From the NCBI RefSeq assembly GCF_964188315.1, contig NC_135655.1, positions 32,054,001-32,118,000 of the forward strand: a DNA stretch of 64,000 nt. The letters are read 5' to 3'. This DNA is from Podarcis muralis (taxonomy: Eukaryota). Position 1 is the stretch's first letter; the number at the start of each line of letters is the position of its first letter. Shown here piece by piece: positions 25,961 through 39,010 of the stretch. A program made the translations under genes and the position numbers. The notes under the pieces were generated by a model. That model saw only the letters and a list, made by a program, of their open reading frames with translations. It was not told the origin of the DNA and did not search any database.

Positions 25961-25974
25961 ATCTTTAATTTTAC

Positions 25975-26097
25975 CTTGACTTGACTTTCTTTGTTTTTAA
26001 GAGTCTCCTCCATACCTGCTTTTGAGGTTTCTAACATTTTTGCTTGTTCCTTTAACTCACTTAATTGTTCACTCTGTCCTTCAGCTTCTTTTAAGAG
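25975..26097 (-). CDS. MIA2: MIA2/cTAGE5 exon 14
   Basis: LLKEAEGQSEQLSELKEQAKMLETSKAGMEETLKNKESQVK; 123 nt. Confidence 0.93.
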
Positions 26098-26968
26098 CTG
26101 GAAACAAAAGTTAGAAAGTTCAGTACTTAATTTATACCAACCAGTTATTAGAATTTCATAATATTTAATTCTAAAAGGTCTGACCTAAATTCTTAACATT
26201 ACATACAGCAAAATTCATTGAGCTGAATATTTTGTATTTTAACTGACATTTCATATGTTCTAATTTTTGACAGCTGTTCTTTTGCTATACATGAAATTTA
26301 AAATCATTTTTATTGAACTTTTTCTGTTTAAAAAAACATGGGAATATATAAGGTTGCATCCAATTGCGTCTTGCACACTAATAAAAGACTTTTTGATCCG
26401 ACAGGACCTTCCATCAGTGGAACAGGAAGGGAGGCAATTTTTCAAACCTGCCCTGCGAAATCTGCTTCAGAATGGTTGGGTGGTGGTGGGAAGCCCTTAG
26501 AATAGTGTAAGAGGGCAGAAGGGGTCTGCAGGGAGGAAGGGAAATCAACAAAATTGCCTTCCTTCCCATTCCGCTGATGGAAGGTTCTACTGGAGCAAAG
26601 AACTTCCCATCAGCTTGAGAGACACAACACGATATAACCCAGAATGTTCTAGCAAATATAGAACTAGAGATTTAAAGCATAAAACCTGACTAAGTGGAAC
26701 AAGTCCAGCTTTCATGTTACCAGAACGCAACCCAAGCCCATGATTTATCATCCCCAAGCTGGAAATATGAGGTGGATCCAATCTGCGGCGAGACAAGTTA
26801 TTAAAAGCTGACTGAGACAGTAGCTCAGAAATACTGTCCTGACATTGTCCCAGGCACATCAATCTAGAAAAGTCTCTATAGGGAAGACAAAGAGAGAGTT
26901 CTGAAGGAAACACACCCTCCAAGACCAAAGAGCATCCAACCACTCTGATGGCAAGGTAGCAATTGAAC

Positions 26969-26991
26969 CACACACACACACACACACACCA
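26969..26991. repeat. (CA)n microsatellite
   Basis: About 11 CA units. Confidence 0.9.
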
Positions 26992-27270
26992 CCGCCAAAA
27001 GGCCTGAGTCTTAATAAATGCACCGAAATGCCAAGCAGCTTGGAACATCAAACCACTCATAGAAGTTGCAACTGATTTACCCCATGGAAGGCAAAGTCGC
27101 AAAAATTATAGCAGTCTGTGGACTATCACCCTTTCCTTCCAACTTTCATTAAACTACATAATAATTTAAACCGGAGCCTTAACAATATTTATAGTCAAAA
27201 ATTATTCTAAAGTGAGGATACAGTGTTCCTAAAAGGCACTCTATAAAAGTACACAGTGTAAATAATATAC

Positions 27271-27375
27271 CTGTTTTTCACTTTCATGAAGTTGGTTGTT
27301 TTCAGCTATTGCATCTTGGACAGATGTTTTCAGTCTCTCTCTGTTGATCTCATATACTTTTAATGTGGACTTGGC
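27271..27375 (-). CDS. MIA2: MIA2/cTAGE5 exon 13
   Basis: AKSTLKVYEINRERLKTSVQDAIAENNQLHESEKQ; 105 nt. Confidence 0.93.
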
Positions 27376-27521
27376 CTAAGTGAAATAAAGCACAGTGAAG
27401 CTCCTAATATAAATATATACATAGAAGTATAATATAATAGATAATATATTTATATAATATATATCTAAATATCCATATATATCTATATATCTATATACCA
27501 GTACATCTAGATATCTATTAT

Positions 27522-27580
27522 ATTACATTACATTACATTACATTACATTACATTACATTACATTACATTACATTACATTA
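27522..27580. repeat. (ATTAC)n pentanucleotide microsatellite in an AT-rich tract
   Basis: About 12 perfect units. Confidence 0.95.
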
Positions 27581-28476
27581 TTATATTATATTATAAGTAT
27601 ATACATAGAATCACATTTACATTTTTTGTTATTTCTATCAATTCCTTTTGGCATTAGTCTTGTTACAATCCAATCCTAATACCATATCATAAAATTATGT
27701 TCCACTGAGTGATACTAAGATATATTGTGGATGAGGGCACAGAGATATATAACTATGTTCACAGAACCCACCTTTCCCCTGCCGAACACACACATGCTCT
27801 CCAAAATAAACAACAGGTACAAATCTTTCTGCTCATCTTGCAATCCTGTGAATCTGGGGCATAGATGCATACAATCCCAGCATCCCACCTTCAGCAGCAG
27901 TAAATTATATATATCATAGGCATGTGATCTGTGCACCAAAAACCTCTCAGTGGTCTGGGGTTCTAAAGCTGTGAGTCATTCATTTAACTTTGCATGCTGA
28001 TTTTTGAAAGATATTTTAATGAAAAATAAAATAAGCAAGCAGGGCTTTCTCCACTGACTAATATGACAATACACAGTTCCACCTGTCAAACAGCACTAGT
28101 GACGCTGTGTGTACACCCTGTGTTCTAAGTGACAACAATGGAACCTGGTTGCCAATGGCACAGCAGCAGCTTGTGGAGGTCCCCCCAACCGCACCCCCCC
28201 CATTGACATCACTGCTGTATAACGGCTCTGGAGAACGTACAAGGCAAAAGATAACTTTGGCTTAAATTATTTGCAATGTTGAAATAAATAAAAAGTCCTG
28301 AATTCTTTAATGGCAAACCAAGAGGAATTCAATTTGTTTACAAGAAAGAAATGTCTAAACAGAGCAGACATAAAGAACTTGTGTTCAAGACTAATGAAAA
28401 ATGTTGACAGTGGGGTCCAAGATTTTGCTGTGGTGCATGATGAAACATTTACATTAATATCTAAAGATTGGCTTAC

Positions 28477-28548
28477 TTCAGCTACTTGCATTTGAATAGA
28501 CTTTGCTTCATTTTCTAAGGATTCCATTCTTCTCCGTATTTCAATCAA
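28477..28548 (-). CDS. MIA2: MIA2/cTAGE5 exon 12
   Basis: LIEIRRRMESLENEAKSIQMQVAE|gtaagc; 72 nt. Confidence 0.93.
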
Positions 28549-29243
28549 CTACAAAGACAGTAAAATAAATTTATATAAAACACTCTGGTTAATACTGCCT
28601 TGTCAAAACAACTGTGAACAAACACTGTATTGAATTAGATTTAAATACTGTATTTCTCAAGGGATCACCTGCGACCATTTTATTTTATTTTCATTTATTT
28701 TCAGCTCTCATTGATAGGAAACTATATAGATTGCAATAAAATAGAAGTGACACTCTTTGACTTAATCTAGCCAGGCTACAAAGAAAGAGTTGGGAGTGCA
28801 TTCTAGGTGTTGTCACAATTCTTTCTTTGAAATTGACAAGTGCACAGCCCCTCCCATTTGTCAAAGTGCCCATGTGGCTATTGGGGCATTTCTCCACCCC
28901 TGTTCCCCACCCCTGTTATAAAAGATGCTTTAGAAAGTTGATTAAATAACTTCCAAAAGTCAACTGGCTCTATCTACTGTGCCCCAAAGGCAAATGTCTC
29001 ATTCTCTATGAAGGTATTCTATGCACATTTGTCAAGAAAACATTCAATTCTATTAGCTTTGTGATAATGCTTTCATACTGAAAGATCTTCTACCCTTATA
29101 CATTCATCTAAACAAACAACCCTGGCACATGGAAACAGGAAGTCCAATTAACTGTAGTCCACATATGATTCTCACAGAATGCTGAATACATGGGAGAAAA
29201 GTCCCACTGAATTCAACTGGACTTTTTCCGATGTTCAGGAATT

Positions 29244-29598
29244 GGGTAAAGGTAAAGGGACCCCTGACCATTAGGTCCAGTCATGACCGACTCTGCGGTT
29301 GCAGCGCTCATCTCGCTTTACTGGCTGAGGGAGCCGGCGTACAGCTTCTGGGTCATGTGGCCAGCATGACTAAGCCACTTCTGGAGAACCAGAGCAGCAC
29401 ATGGAAACGCCATTTACCTTCCTACCGGAGCGGTACCTATTTATCTACTTGCACTTTGATGTGCTTTCGAACTGCTAGGTTGGCAGAAGCAGGGACCAAG
29501 CAATAGGAGCTCACCAGGTTGCGGGGATTCAAACCCCCGACCTTCTGATCAGCAAGTCCTAGGCTCTGTGGTCTAACCCACAGCGCCACGCGCATCCC
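29244..29598 (-). mobile_element. Sauria SINE, full length
   Basis: 12-bp TSD tgttcaggaatt (29232-29243, 29599-29610). Confidence 0.92.
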
Positions 29599-30246
29599 TG
29601 TTCAGGAATTAGCTACAGTTAATTAAAATGGCAATAAATCATCCTCGGATGAGCAAAACACACACAGAGAGTAAGATGCAGAAATAGAGATAGCCGCATT
29701 TCAAGAACCAACATTGGGTTCAGGGGTTGCAAATATGGTGGTACATGTGCCATGTGCCCTCTACGGTCTTACTTGGAACCCACAGGGCTCCCACCCTGCT
29801 GCTGAAATTAGGCTTGAAAGAAGTGTTCTATTGCAGCCAAAAGAATAGGCTGCAGTGTGCATTTGTTTGCAATGTGATGCCCACTGCAGTTTCTCTGGTT
29901 TACAAGTGTGTCCTTGGAACCAAAAATGTTGGCAACCCTTGCTGTACATAATTAAATTCAAACAGTGCTGCCTCCAGGACACACTGAAAAAATGTGGATC
30001 AGTCTGATAAAGAAACAATACATTTAACATATTTGGAATATGAAGTACAAAGTGTTTTTGATCAAAAGCCACAGGAGCAATTGACCTTCAATGACTTAAT
30101 GTTATTCTTAAAAAAAAAAAAAAGCAAATAGAGAGGAGATGAGGACAGGATATTCTAATTTTAATGCAGATAAATTACACTATCTGATTTCTCTTTGAAG
30201 GCCAAACTTTCTGCCTGAGAAAGACCGCTTTGAACAAAAGACATAC

Positions 30247-30357
30247 CAAGTCATCCTGCTCTGATCGTTTGGATTTCTCTTCTTTAAGTTCTTTTTCTAA
30301 ACATTCTATGTCACTCTTGAGTGCAGAGTTCGAGCTGCTCAGTTCTTCATATGCTGC
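30247..30357 (-). CDS. MIA2: MIA2/cTAGE5 exon 11
   Basis: AAYEELSSSNSALKSDIECLEKELKEEKSKRSEQDDL; 111 nt. Confidence 0.94.
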
Positions 30358-30765
30358 CTAAAATGATCAAGTTTTGAAAGATAACAGGAAGACATTTATA
30401 GTAAGGTTAATCAAGAATTAAGCAGTAGCTACTGAGCACTTTTAACTTTAATTATGTATTGTAGAAACAGTAAGAGCAGCTCCACAGACCAGGCTACATT
30501 GGATGTGTTCATTATACTTAATTTTAATGCACTAAAAATTAAATGCCTAGGTCAAGGATGTACAAAATCAAATTATTCAACCTGCATAAATCATACAAAT
30601 TAGTTAGCACAATCTACTTCATTTTACATACTTGAACCTACTTCTGCCAGCCTTGCATGGATAAAAGAGCCTATGCAGAGTATGACATCCCACATTTTCT
30701 ACGTTGTTGAGAAACAATGTACATTTCTACATTTTGTTGAGCTTATCTGCACAGATAGGGTTAAA

Positions 30766-31128
30766 GGTAAAAGGTAAAGGTACCCCTGCCCGTACAGGCC
30801 AGTCTTGACAGACTCTAGGGTTGTGCGCCCATCTCACTTAAGAGGCCGGGGGCCAGCGCTGTCCGGAGACACTTCCGGGTCACGTGGCCAGCGTGACAAA
30901 GCTGCATCTGGCGAGCCAGAGCCGCACACGGAAACACCGTTTACCTTCCCGCTAGTAAGCGGTCCCTATTTATCTACTTGCACCTGGAGGTGCTTTCGAA
31001 CTGCTAGGTTGGCAGGCGCTGGGACCGAACAACGGGAGCGCACCCCGCCGCGGGGATTCGAACCGCCGACCTTTGGATCAGCAAGCCCTAGGCGCTGAGG
31101 CTTTTACCCACAGCGCCACCCGCGTCCC
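30766..31128 (-). mobile_element. Sauria SINE, divergent subfamily
   Basis: 14-bp TSD cagatagggttaaa; 3' half differs systematically from the other copies. Confidence 0.9.
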
Positions 31129-31645
31129 CAGATAGGGTTAAAAGCCTTTAAAAATGAAATGTGAGATTACCAATATTCCAGATTCTGCACTTGTACAGTA
31201 AAATCCTAACTTAATGCCTTGTGACTGGACACAATAGCCAACAAAAAGCAGCGAGTTAGTATACATACACGTCATAAACAACAACAAAAACCTACCTAGT
31301 GCTGCAGTTCAATGCTTACTTATTTGAAAGTGAGCCCCACTTACTTACACAGTTGGAATACTGAACAAACATGCACAGGATCAGGTGGTAAAGTATATTC
31401 TATTTTATAACATATATTTTACAGATGCTCATTCATTTATGTTCCTTAAAATGTGGAATTATGATGAAGATAATTAGCAGGATTAGAAATAGTATTATTT
31501 TTGAATGTTTAATCTTTATTCTTTTTCTTACATTGACTCCTTTTTGTTGTTGTTTTTAAGCCAAATAGAGGTTTATATTAAAATATGAAGTGGTATATAA
31601 ATAAAATGAATATTATACAAGTATTTTTCCCAGTTCAACTTTTAC

Positions 31646-31717
31646 CTTCATGCTTGATGTACTGGCTGACCCTTGCAGAAGACTGGCATCATTTAGGGAG
31701 TTTTCTAACTCTTCATA
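31646..31717 (-). CDS. MIA2: MIA2/cTAGE5 exon 10
   Basis: YEELENSLNDASLLQGSASTSSMK|gtaaaa; 72 nt. Confidence 0.88.
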
Positions 31718-31938
31718 CTAAAATGAAAATCCCATGTTAGAATTAAAATAAAGGAAATCAGACAACCTATGGCTGTGCTCCTCAAACTCCTCTGCTAGCA
31801 AAAGCTCCACACATTTCAGCTTTATAATTATCAGACTTGTCAAGAACTAGGCTAAACAAGGTGTTCCAAATAGTAGTATGGGAGCCCAGAGAGGGACAAT
31901 TCCTAGCAGAATTCTCAGGAAAACAAGGTTCTATAAGC

Positions 31939-32160
31939 CAGGGGTTCCCAAACTGCAGTGCATGGACCATCAGTGGTCCATGAGCTTCACTCAGATGGTC
32001 TGTGACATGTCTATAAAAAATCAATTTAAAATCCTACAGCACCTAGCACAGTGCAATACCATTGCTACCACAGACAGAAAAATGATTACGGTAAGTAGCC
32101 TGCCAAGACCCTCTGCAATTTTTAAGTGGTCCATGGCAGGGGGAAGTTTGGGAAGTACTG
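31939..32160. mobile_element. Degenerate hAT (Charlie-like) MITE
   Basis: TIRs caggggttcccaaact / agtttgggaagtactg; TSD only 5/8. Confidence 0.6.
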
Positions 32161-32738
32161 CTCTATGACTTGGTACCAATGAACTCTTTTCTCCTAGCAT
32201 GGTTATCACCCTTTTGCTGTGGGTGATCTAGGCATCTTTGCACATTATAGCATTTCTGTTGCAGGCATATTGCATGGTTAATGGTTTCAGAACAAGCCTG
32301 GATATTAAGTCAGTTTCCACTATGGCTCACTATCTTGGCTTGTTCCATAACCGTTAGCCATATTTTCCTGGTTCAGACTCAACAGGAAACTTGGTTAAAA
32401 TAAAGCTTTCTGGTTGGTTGGTTGGTTGGTTGATTGGTTGGTTTTCTCACTCATACAAAGGAAGAAGCAAAGCAGGTGTATGTGTAGCCAAAATACTCAT
32501 TCATCATCTGAATGCAGCTCCTCTGTAACGAGGTTGGGCAAGTGCATTGGAATAAGAAATGGTAATTGAAGGGAAATGAAGGAAAAAAACTTCCAGGTAC
32601 ACACACATTCATTAAGCCAAATCGATATAAAAATAAAATAAAATAAAATATGGAAATCTATATTCTAGTATTTAAAAAATTTGGGCAGAAGCAATAACTC
32701 TAAGCATTTAAGCTTTGAAGGGAAACAGTAACCATTAC

Positions 32739-32827
32739 CTCTTTTTTGCAGAGACTGAGTTTTTCTAGTACTTTACATTTGTCTTCAACTAGTTCAGCAA
32801 CTTTACTGGCAAGCTGTTTCTCTCTTC
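32739..32827 (-). CDS. MIA2: MIA2/cTAGE5 exon 9
   Basis: GREKQLASKVAELVEDKCKVLEKLSLCKKE; 89 nt. Confidence 0.94.
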
Positions 32828-32931
32828 CTAAAAAGAGGAAGAGCTATATGTGGTAACCTTTAACGGAGAGAAAACGGTTTCAACTCAATTCTGCAGCTAA
32901 ACTCAACTCACAGACAAAAAATTGAACTTAC

Positions 32932-32953
32932 CTACATAAAGTCTACTTCTAAT
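32932..32953 (-). CDS. MIA2: MIA2/cTAGE5 exon 8 (22-nt micro-exon)
   Basis: ctcttcttttgcag|IRSRLYV-G|gtaagt; needed for phase. Confidence 0.92.
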
Positions 32954-33794
32954 CTGCAAAAGAAGAGCAAATATTGCAGTTTGTTTACAGCATAGATGGG
33001 ATTGAGGCTCAGTTTTCAATATTAAGGGAAATTTAGAGTAGCATAGTCAACAAAGTAGATTCCCAGTGCCAGAGCAAACGTAGCATCAGGGCTCTCTTAA
33101 AATCAATTAAAAGATCAAAAATAGGCAAGCAACTTGCAGAATCACACACTTCCTCCCCACACTTCCCCATTAATCACAGTTAAATGATACATCATGATAT
33201 TAACAACGGTTAAAGCTAACTTCATTTGCCACATAAACAGGATTCTCAGAATATGGAGCTAGTTCATAATTCTGCATGGGGAACTTAATTAGCCTTAACA
33301 GACTGCTAATGTTACTGCAGTCGTATATCTTAACTGGGGATAAACAAGACTGCTCTCTGGAAGGAGCATGCAATCACATAGGCTATTTGTATCTCAGTGT
33401 ATACACAGCTGGCCCTTTTCTCAACATGAAAGTTAGCTCACCTGCAAACTCTCACAAGCGATAGCATTAAAAATGCCAAAAGGCAAAACTACAAAGCAAA
33501 AAATAACAAAATTGCAAAAGTAAAGGACCTACTAGACTAGAGTGTTTATGTGGCACTTAAGCAGTTTAGCACTCTACGGATGCAACATTCTCCACCTTTC
33601 ACTACCACAGAAAGAATGTAGTGGTCAAGGGAGCCGTGGACTCAAAAAGGTTGAAAACCTCTGCCACAATCCATTCCCCATCATTATGTCTGCCAATGAC
33701 TCAAAGTAACAGCTTGTGAATGGAGTGGACCCTTTGCATAACTTTGACATTCAAGTGCTTCCTACTACATTCTTTCTGCACTTCATGCAAAAAA

Positions 33795-34032
33795 AGTGGT
33801 ACCTCGGGTTACAAACGCTTCGGGTTACAAACACTTTGGGTTACAAACTATGCTAACCTGGAAGTAGAACCTCAGGTTGAGAACTTTGCCCCAGGATGAG
33901 AATGAAAATTGTGCTGGTGGTGCGCCGGCAGTGGGAGGCCCCATTAGCAAAAGCATGCCTCAGGTTAAGAACAGTTTTGGGTTAAGAACAGACCTCCGGA
34001 ATGAATTAAGTTCGTAACCGGAGGTACCACTG
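33795..34032. mobile_element. Tc1/mariner-type MITE
   Basis: agtggtacctcgggttaca ... gaggtaccactg|TA; same family as 54611-54836. Confidence 0.8.
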
Positions 34033-34765
34033 TACTGTGGTAATCAGTCACTGCCTGTGAAATAGTACAGGAAGACTATTGTCTTAGATCTAAAAGCTTT
34101 TTAAAAATCAATCTAGATTGAATGGATGTGGAACTTCAGAACCCAATAATGTAGTCAAAAAATAAAGGTATTCCTAATTTAATAGATTCAAATGTTGTTT
34201 CATCATCTTGCTGATGAAAAATACACACAAAATCTCATGCAAATTAAAGTTTCCATAATGTTTCTTCAAGCTACAAGGAAACATCAGAGCAATAAACTAA
34301 TATCTTTAAAAAGATGGGAGTCAGGGAGAGGCCAAATGGACAAAAATAAAGAATACTAGTTCAAGGAGAAAATTAGATAGTTACATCATCAGGGACAGCA
34401 GTTTGCACTACTGAGTATAATTTAGTAATTCTTCAAAATTTATTCTGAAACTGTAACCTATATAGTCTTGAATATTTCAAAGAAAGCCAATTTATTAAAA
34501 CTGAAATACTGCAAATATAAACTATTAAAATAAATGCAACTGAACATGGAGATGGATTTTGTTTAATTTGCTTTTCCAACACCAAGTTGAAATATGAAGT
34601 TGCCAAAATACAGACAAGTATTTAATTCTACAGCTAAAATCCAAAGCCCCATCACAGGAGAAGTCTGGAAGAATGTTACATAGGATTCTCAAAATACAAA
34701 TGAATATTTTAAAAGCAATCCAACAAGTTTGATAAAACTCTGTATAACTCATACTGAATACTTAC

Positions 34766-34897
34766 TGACTGATAACTCCTACACATCAGAAGTAAGATAG
34801 TAAAAATGGCAACAACTGCACCACAAATCACCATTTCCCATGGAAAGCCATAAAGATCTGGACCAGGTTTCATATTTTCAGGCAATGCTGCAAGAAC
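34766..34897 (-). CDS. MIA2: MIA2/cTAGE5 exon 7 (shared transmembrane exon)
   Basis: VLAALPENMKPGPDLYGFPWEMVICGAVVAIFTILLLMCRSYQS; phase 0/0; 132 nt. Confidence 0.96.
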
Positions 34898-36456
34898 CTT
34901 AAAACAAAAATGAACAAAACAAGCTTTTCCCCCAACAATTAAGAGCAAGGTGTTAACATAAACTGTGTATATTTGATCAGGCTAATTCAGCGTTATTTCA
35001 AAACACAATTGATAAAACATTTTTGCAAGACAGAAATCAATACAATAGAAAAGTTGAAAGGGGGAAAGAGAAGAATGTCTCATCATAAGCAAACTCCACA
35101 GTTTAGTGCTTCAGTCTTTTATGTTTACTTTTTTAGAACTGATATAGACACTTATCAGAAGCCCTGTATTTAATCTGGAGATTTCATTTATTTAACACTA
35201 TTGTTCAACAGAAGACAAGAGTGATGTTCTTGATAGTATTGTATGCACACTTCTAAATAAGACAGATAGTGTGCTATCCAATGTTTGCTTACTTTGGGTT
35301 GCTTTTTTTAGGAAACCCCAAAAGTTGATGCTCATAAAGGAAGGAAAAATTATTAATAGAACTATGAACACTTGTTAGCAAGAGTTCAGTGCCTCTCTCC
35401 ATATAGGACAAAACTGCTAAACAGCAAATGACAGAAAACAGACTTATAATATAAGGCAGTGTCAAAGATTTGGTTGACTAGATGAAATCAATATATGAAA
35501 CAAAGACCTTGCTTCCGCACACTGCTTCTTGGTTCCATCTCACTGTCCTTCTAGAATTGCCAAATCACAATGTTGTAGTGACAGCAGGAGCTACAACTTG
35601 CAGAGCTCCCTTTACATAAAATTCTTAAAAGGAACAGTAGCCCTGTCAGACTCTATAGACTAGGAATAGAGAACCTGTGGCCCTCCAGTTTTCATGGACT
35701 CCCAACTTTATCATCCTTGACCATTGACCATGCTAGCCTGATCAACATCCGGAGGGCCCCAGGTTCCTCATCCCTGATCTAGATTCTAAGGTATTTATAT
35801 AGCCAGTGACTTTTTGGAACACAGTACCTATCCCTTCAAATCTCCATCATTTTTCTAATCCGTCCTATTTTCCATCCCATGTGAATTTTTCTTTGACTCC
35901 ATTTCTTCATGTCTCAATAATCAGGTTTCATCAGATTCCTGCTTTTAAGGCTACTGCCTAGTGTCACACTTTCCCTTTAGATACCCCACCTTTTGGCCAA
36001 TCCTCTTAGTACTCAACTTACAGGCCATTCTGACATTATGCATTGTGATTTCTTCACAGCCTCCTTCTGCTTTTTTGTTATTTAGCTCACCCGCCACGTA
36101 TACACTTTTTTCTCAGTCTATTAACTGCACTCTACCCTTAAATTTCCAGAAGAATTAGACTGTTATAGCAAAAACAACAAAGTATGGCATAAACTTTCAC
36201 ATCTCATGAAGTGCACTATGGCCCATGAAAGGTTATGCCCAGTAAAGGAAAAGGGCAGAAGTGTCACAAGACTCTTTATCGTAACTCTATCACTCAGCCA
36301 CCTTATTTCTGGGATCCTTGAATCTTAGCTTTACTATCGCCACATCTACAGCTGCCCTGCAAAACTGTGCACCTGCATTTTAAACCCAACCTAACAGGTA
36401 ATTTCCCCCACTCTCATTTTGATCCCTCAAACACTGGACTATTCATGAACATTTTC

Positions 36457-36636
36457 TGTGGAACGCCCTCCCACCAGATGTCAAAGAGAACTACCAGACT
36501 TTTAGAAGACATCTGAAGGCAGCCCTGTTTAGGAAAGCTTTTAATGTTTGATGTATCACAGTATTTTAATATTCTTTTGGAAGCCGCCCAGAGTGGCTGG
36601 GGAAACCCAGCCAGATGGGTGGGGTATAAATAATAA

Positions 36637-36677
<41 letters not shown>
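36457..36677 (+). mobile_element. L2 LINE 3' end with (TTA)n tail
   Basis: WNALPPDVK..FRRHLKAALFR coding remnant, gccgcccagagtggctgggg 3' UTR, microsatellite tail. Confidence 0.75.
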
Positions 36678-36680
<3 letters not shown>

Positions 36681-38299
36681 GCCTCACACCAGCTTGACTA
36701 ATCTGTATCAGAAACTTCACCACCACATACATAATGCAGAGCAGATCTTTCCATGCTATTCTTCCATCTTCAACACAAGATGAGGTTTTTAAAACCAAAC
36801 TGGGCTCTTGAGCAATCCTTGGTTCAGAATTGGCTGTTCTTGTATTGGCATGGTAGCCTATTCATTTCTCCCAGATGAGAAGCAATTTATCGGTTTCCCT
36901 TCTCAACTTTTTATTTCACAGCCTAAACCAGTAAAAGCATAGATGTTCAAAACTATGACTTGCCACATTAACACTCTGAGAAAATGTAGCGATGATTTAC
37001 ACAACCATTTTTCATATGAATATATTCCTCCTCCTCCACCCCGCCCCATGATTTTGGTGTGGCATCCAGTCTTGTGAATGTTCCCTAAAGTTCCTTGAAC
37101 TCATCATGTCCTGGAAAACTTTTGAAAAACAGACTGAGTTAAGACACAAGGAGTTTATTTATCTTCATTGCCTTTCTTCCATCATGTAGCTCCCAAGCAG
37201 TCATGCATCCAGTTGGCATCAAGGCTTTTGAAGAAACATGCACAAGACTGAACAAAACATCAAAATATAAAAGGATAAAATACATACAGAGAGAGAAAAG
37301 AACTTGTGGTGAATTTATAAAGTGAAAAACCATGGTTGTCTGAATGACTGTTACGTACACAACATACAAACCCAGTTTTACCAATATATCAAATCAGTTT
37401 GTTATTACTACAAGTAATACTAAGCATTCTTTTGTGCACAAGTGAGTTACAATCCTTATCTCAGGTATGGCAAAGATATGGCCTTCCAGATGTTGCTGGT
37501 CTACAACTTGGGCAATTACTGAACACAACAGCTGGGCTGATGATAGCTGGATTCCAACAACATCTGAAGGGCCACAGTTTCCCCATCCCTGCCTCAATTA
37601 TTTCATTCTGACAACAAACTTACCGTATGAGATAGGTTAGTGCACTGTCTAACATCACTCTGTTCTATGGTCAAGTGAAACCCAGGTCTTGAACTTGGGC
37701 CTCACCATCTCTCAGACACAACACTATGAACTGATCCACACATGCAAGTCTCATCACACAATAGCTGGCATGAATTGCTTCTACCAAAAAACATAGTATT
37801 TGAGGCTGGTTTGATTCAAGGTACCTGATTTATAAAGGTTGCTACATAGAGGCAAATCAAAGACTGAGAAATATGCACATGTGAATTCAACCTATAGTAT
37901 TCTTACAGAAGCAAACAGGATACAAGAGAGAGGCACAGACTACATTAGAGAGCCACCTTGAGTTTTATAGCAGACACCTCTTTCCTTCTTCCAGACAGAG
38001 ACCCGCCTATCCTTTTAAGAAACAGGTGACAGATAAAATACAGCTTTGGAACTAAACTGAAGCAATGAGAAAGCTCCACCTGAAGGTCAGCCTCTCACAG
38101 CTCTTAACAGCACAGGAACTTATCAGAAAAAAAGGTGGCAACCTACTTGGCTTAAGTCAATGGTTGCATTCCTACCACCATCTACCCACGGTGCACAGCC
38201 ACCTGTGAAACATTATGCCAGCCTGGAGGCATTTTGTCATTACAGGGCTTCATCTGAACCTGGACTTTGTCCTAGAAAGGGCTTTTAATAACCAGGAGC

Positions 38300-39010
38300 A
38301 CTTGAAGCAACACGGCCGTGCCTCTGAGCATGTGCAGGGCGCAGTCCCCCCCGCCTCTTGAGTACCGCAGCCTAGACGGGCGTGACAGTGAGATGGGCGC
38401 AACGGGGGGGGGGAGTAGGCTTTGGGCCCCTCTCTCGTCACAAGGCAAGCAAAGGCGGCATCCCAGCCGGGGGCAACGCAGAGCTGCAGAGCCCCGGCAA
38501 AGGCCGACGACTCCACGCCCCCCCCCCCGGCGCCCTGCCCTTCCCCGCACTCACGCTCTCCAAGGCCAGCCCGCAGTAGCGCCGAGCGCCGTCCCGCCAA
38601 CCCAGCCCGAGGCCTCCGGCCACGGCCTCCACGGCGTCCTCCGGGCTGCCCCCCGCAACGGCGGCGTCGCTGGCAGCAGCCATCTTTGCTGCAGCAACTG
38701 CGGCTCGGCTCAGGGGGGCCGAGCGGCAACCGGCAGCACCGCCCACACCGCCTCTTCCTGTCCTGGGCGCCCGCCCGGCCAACGGGACGCACCACCGGCA
38801 GCCTCGGAGGGGGGAGCCGGGAGAAACCATGGCCGGAGGGGAGGGAGAGTCGGGCGCCGCAAAAGGAGGACACCGCCGTCGCGAAAGGGTTTTCTTTAAA
38901 AAAGGGGGGGGAGAGGGGGGAAGGAGGAGAGACGGCAGCGCTGCCGGGGAAGGAGAGGCTGTTTCGGTGTTGGGGCAGGAGGCCGCATAGGCATTTCAGT
39001 CGCCCCCACT
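38300..39010 (-). promoter_or_regulatory. CpG island / promoter of the cTAGE5 isoform
   Basis: Very GC- and CpG-rich segment around the alternative first exon in otherwise AT-rich DNA. Confidence 0.85.
38555..38683 (-). CDS. CTAGE5: cTAGE5 alternative first coding exon
   Basis: gcaaagATGG context; MAAASDAAVAGGSPEDAVEAVAGGLGLGWRDGARRYCGLALES|gtgagt, phase 0 onto exon 7; RYCGLALE resembles human PYLGLLLE. Confidence 0.85.
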
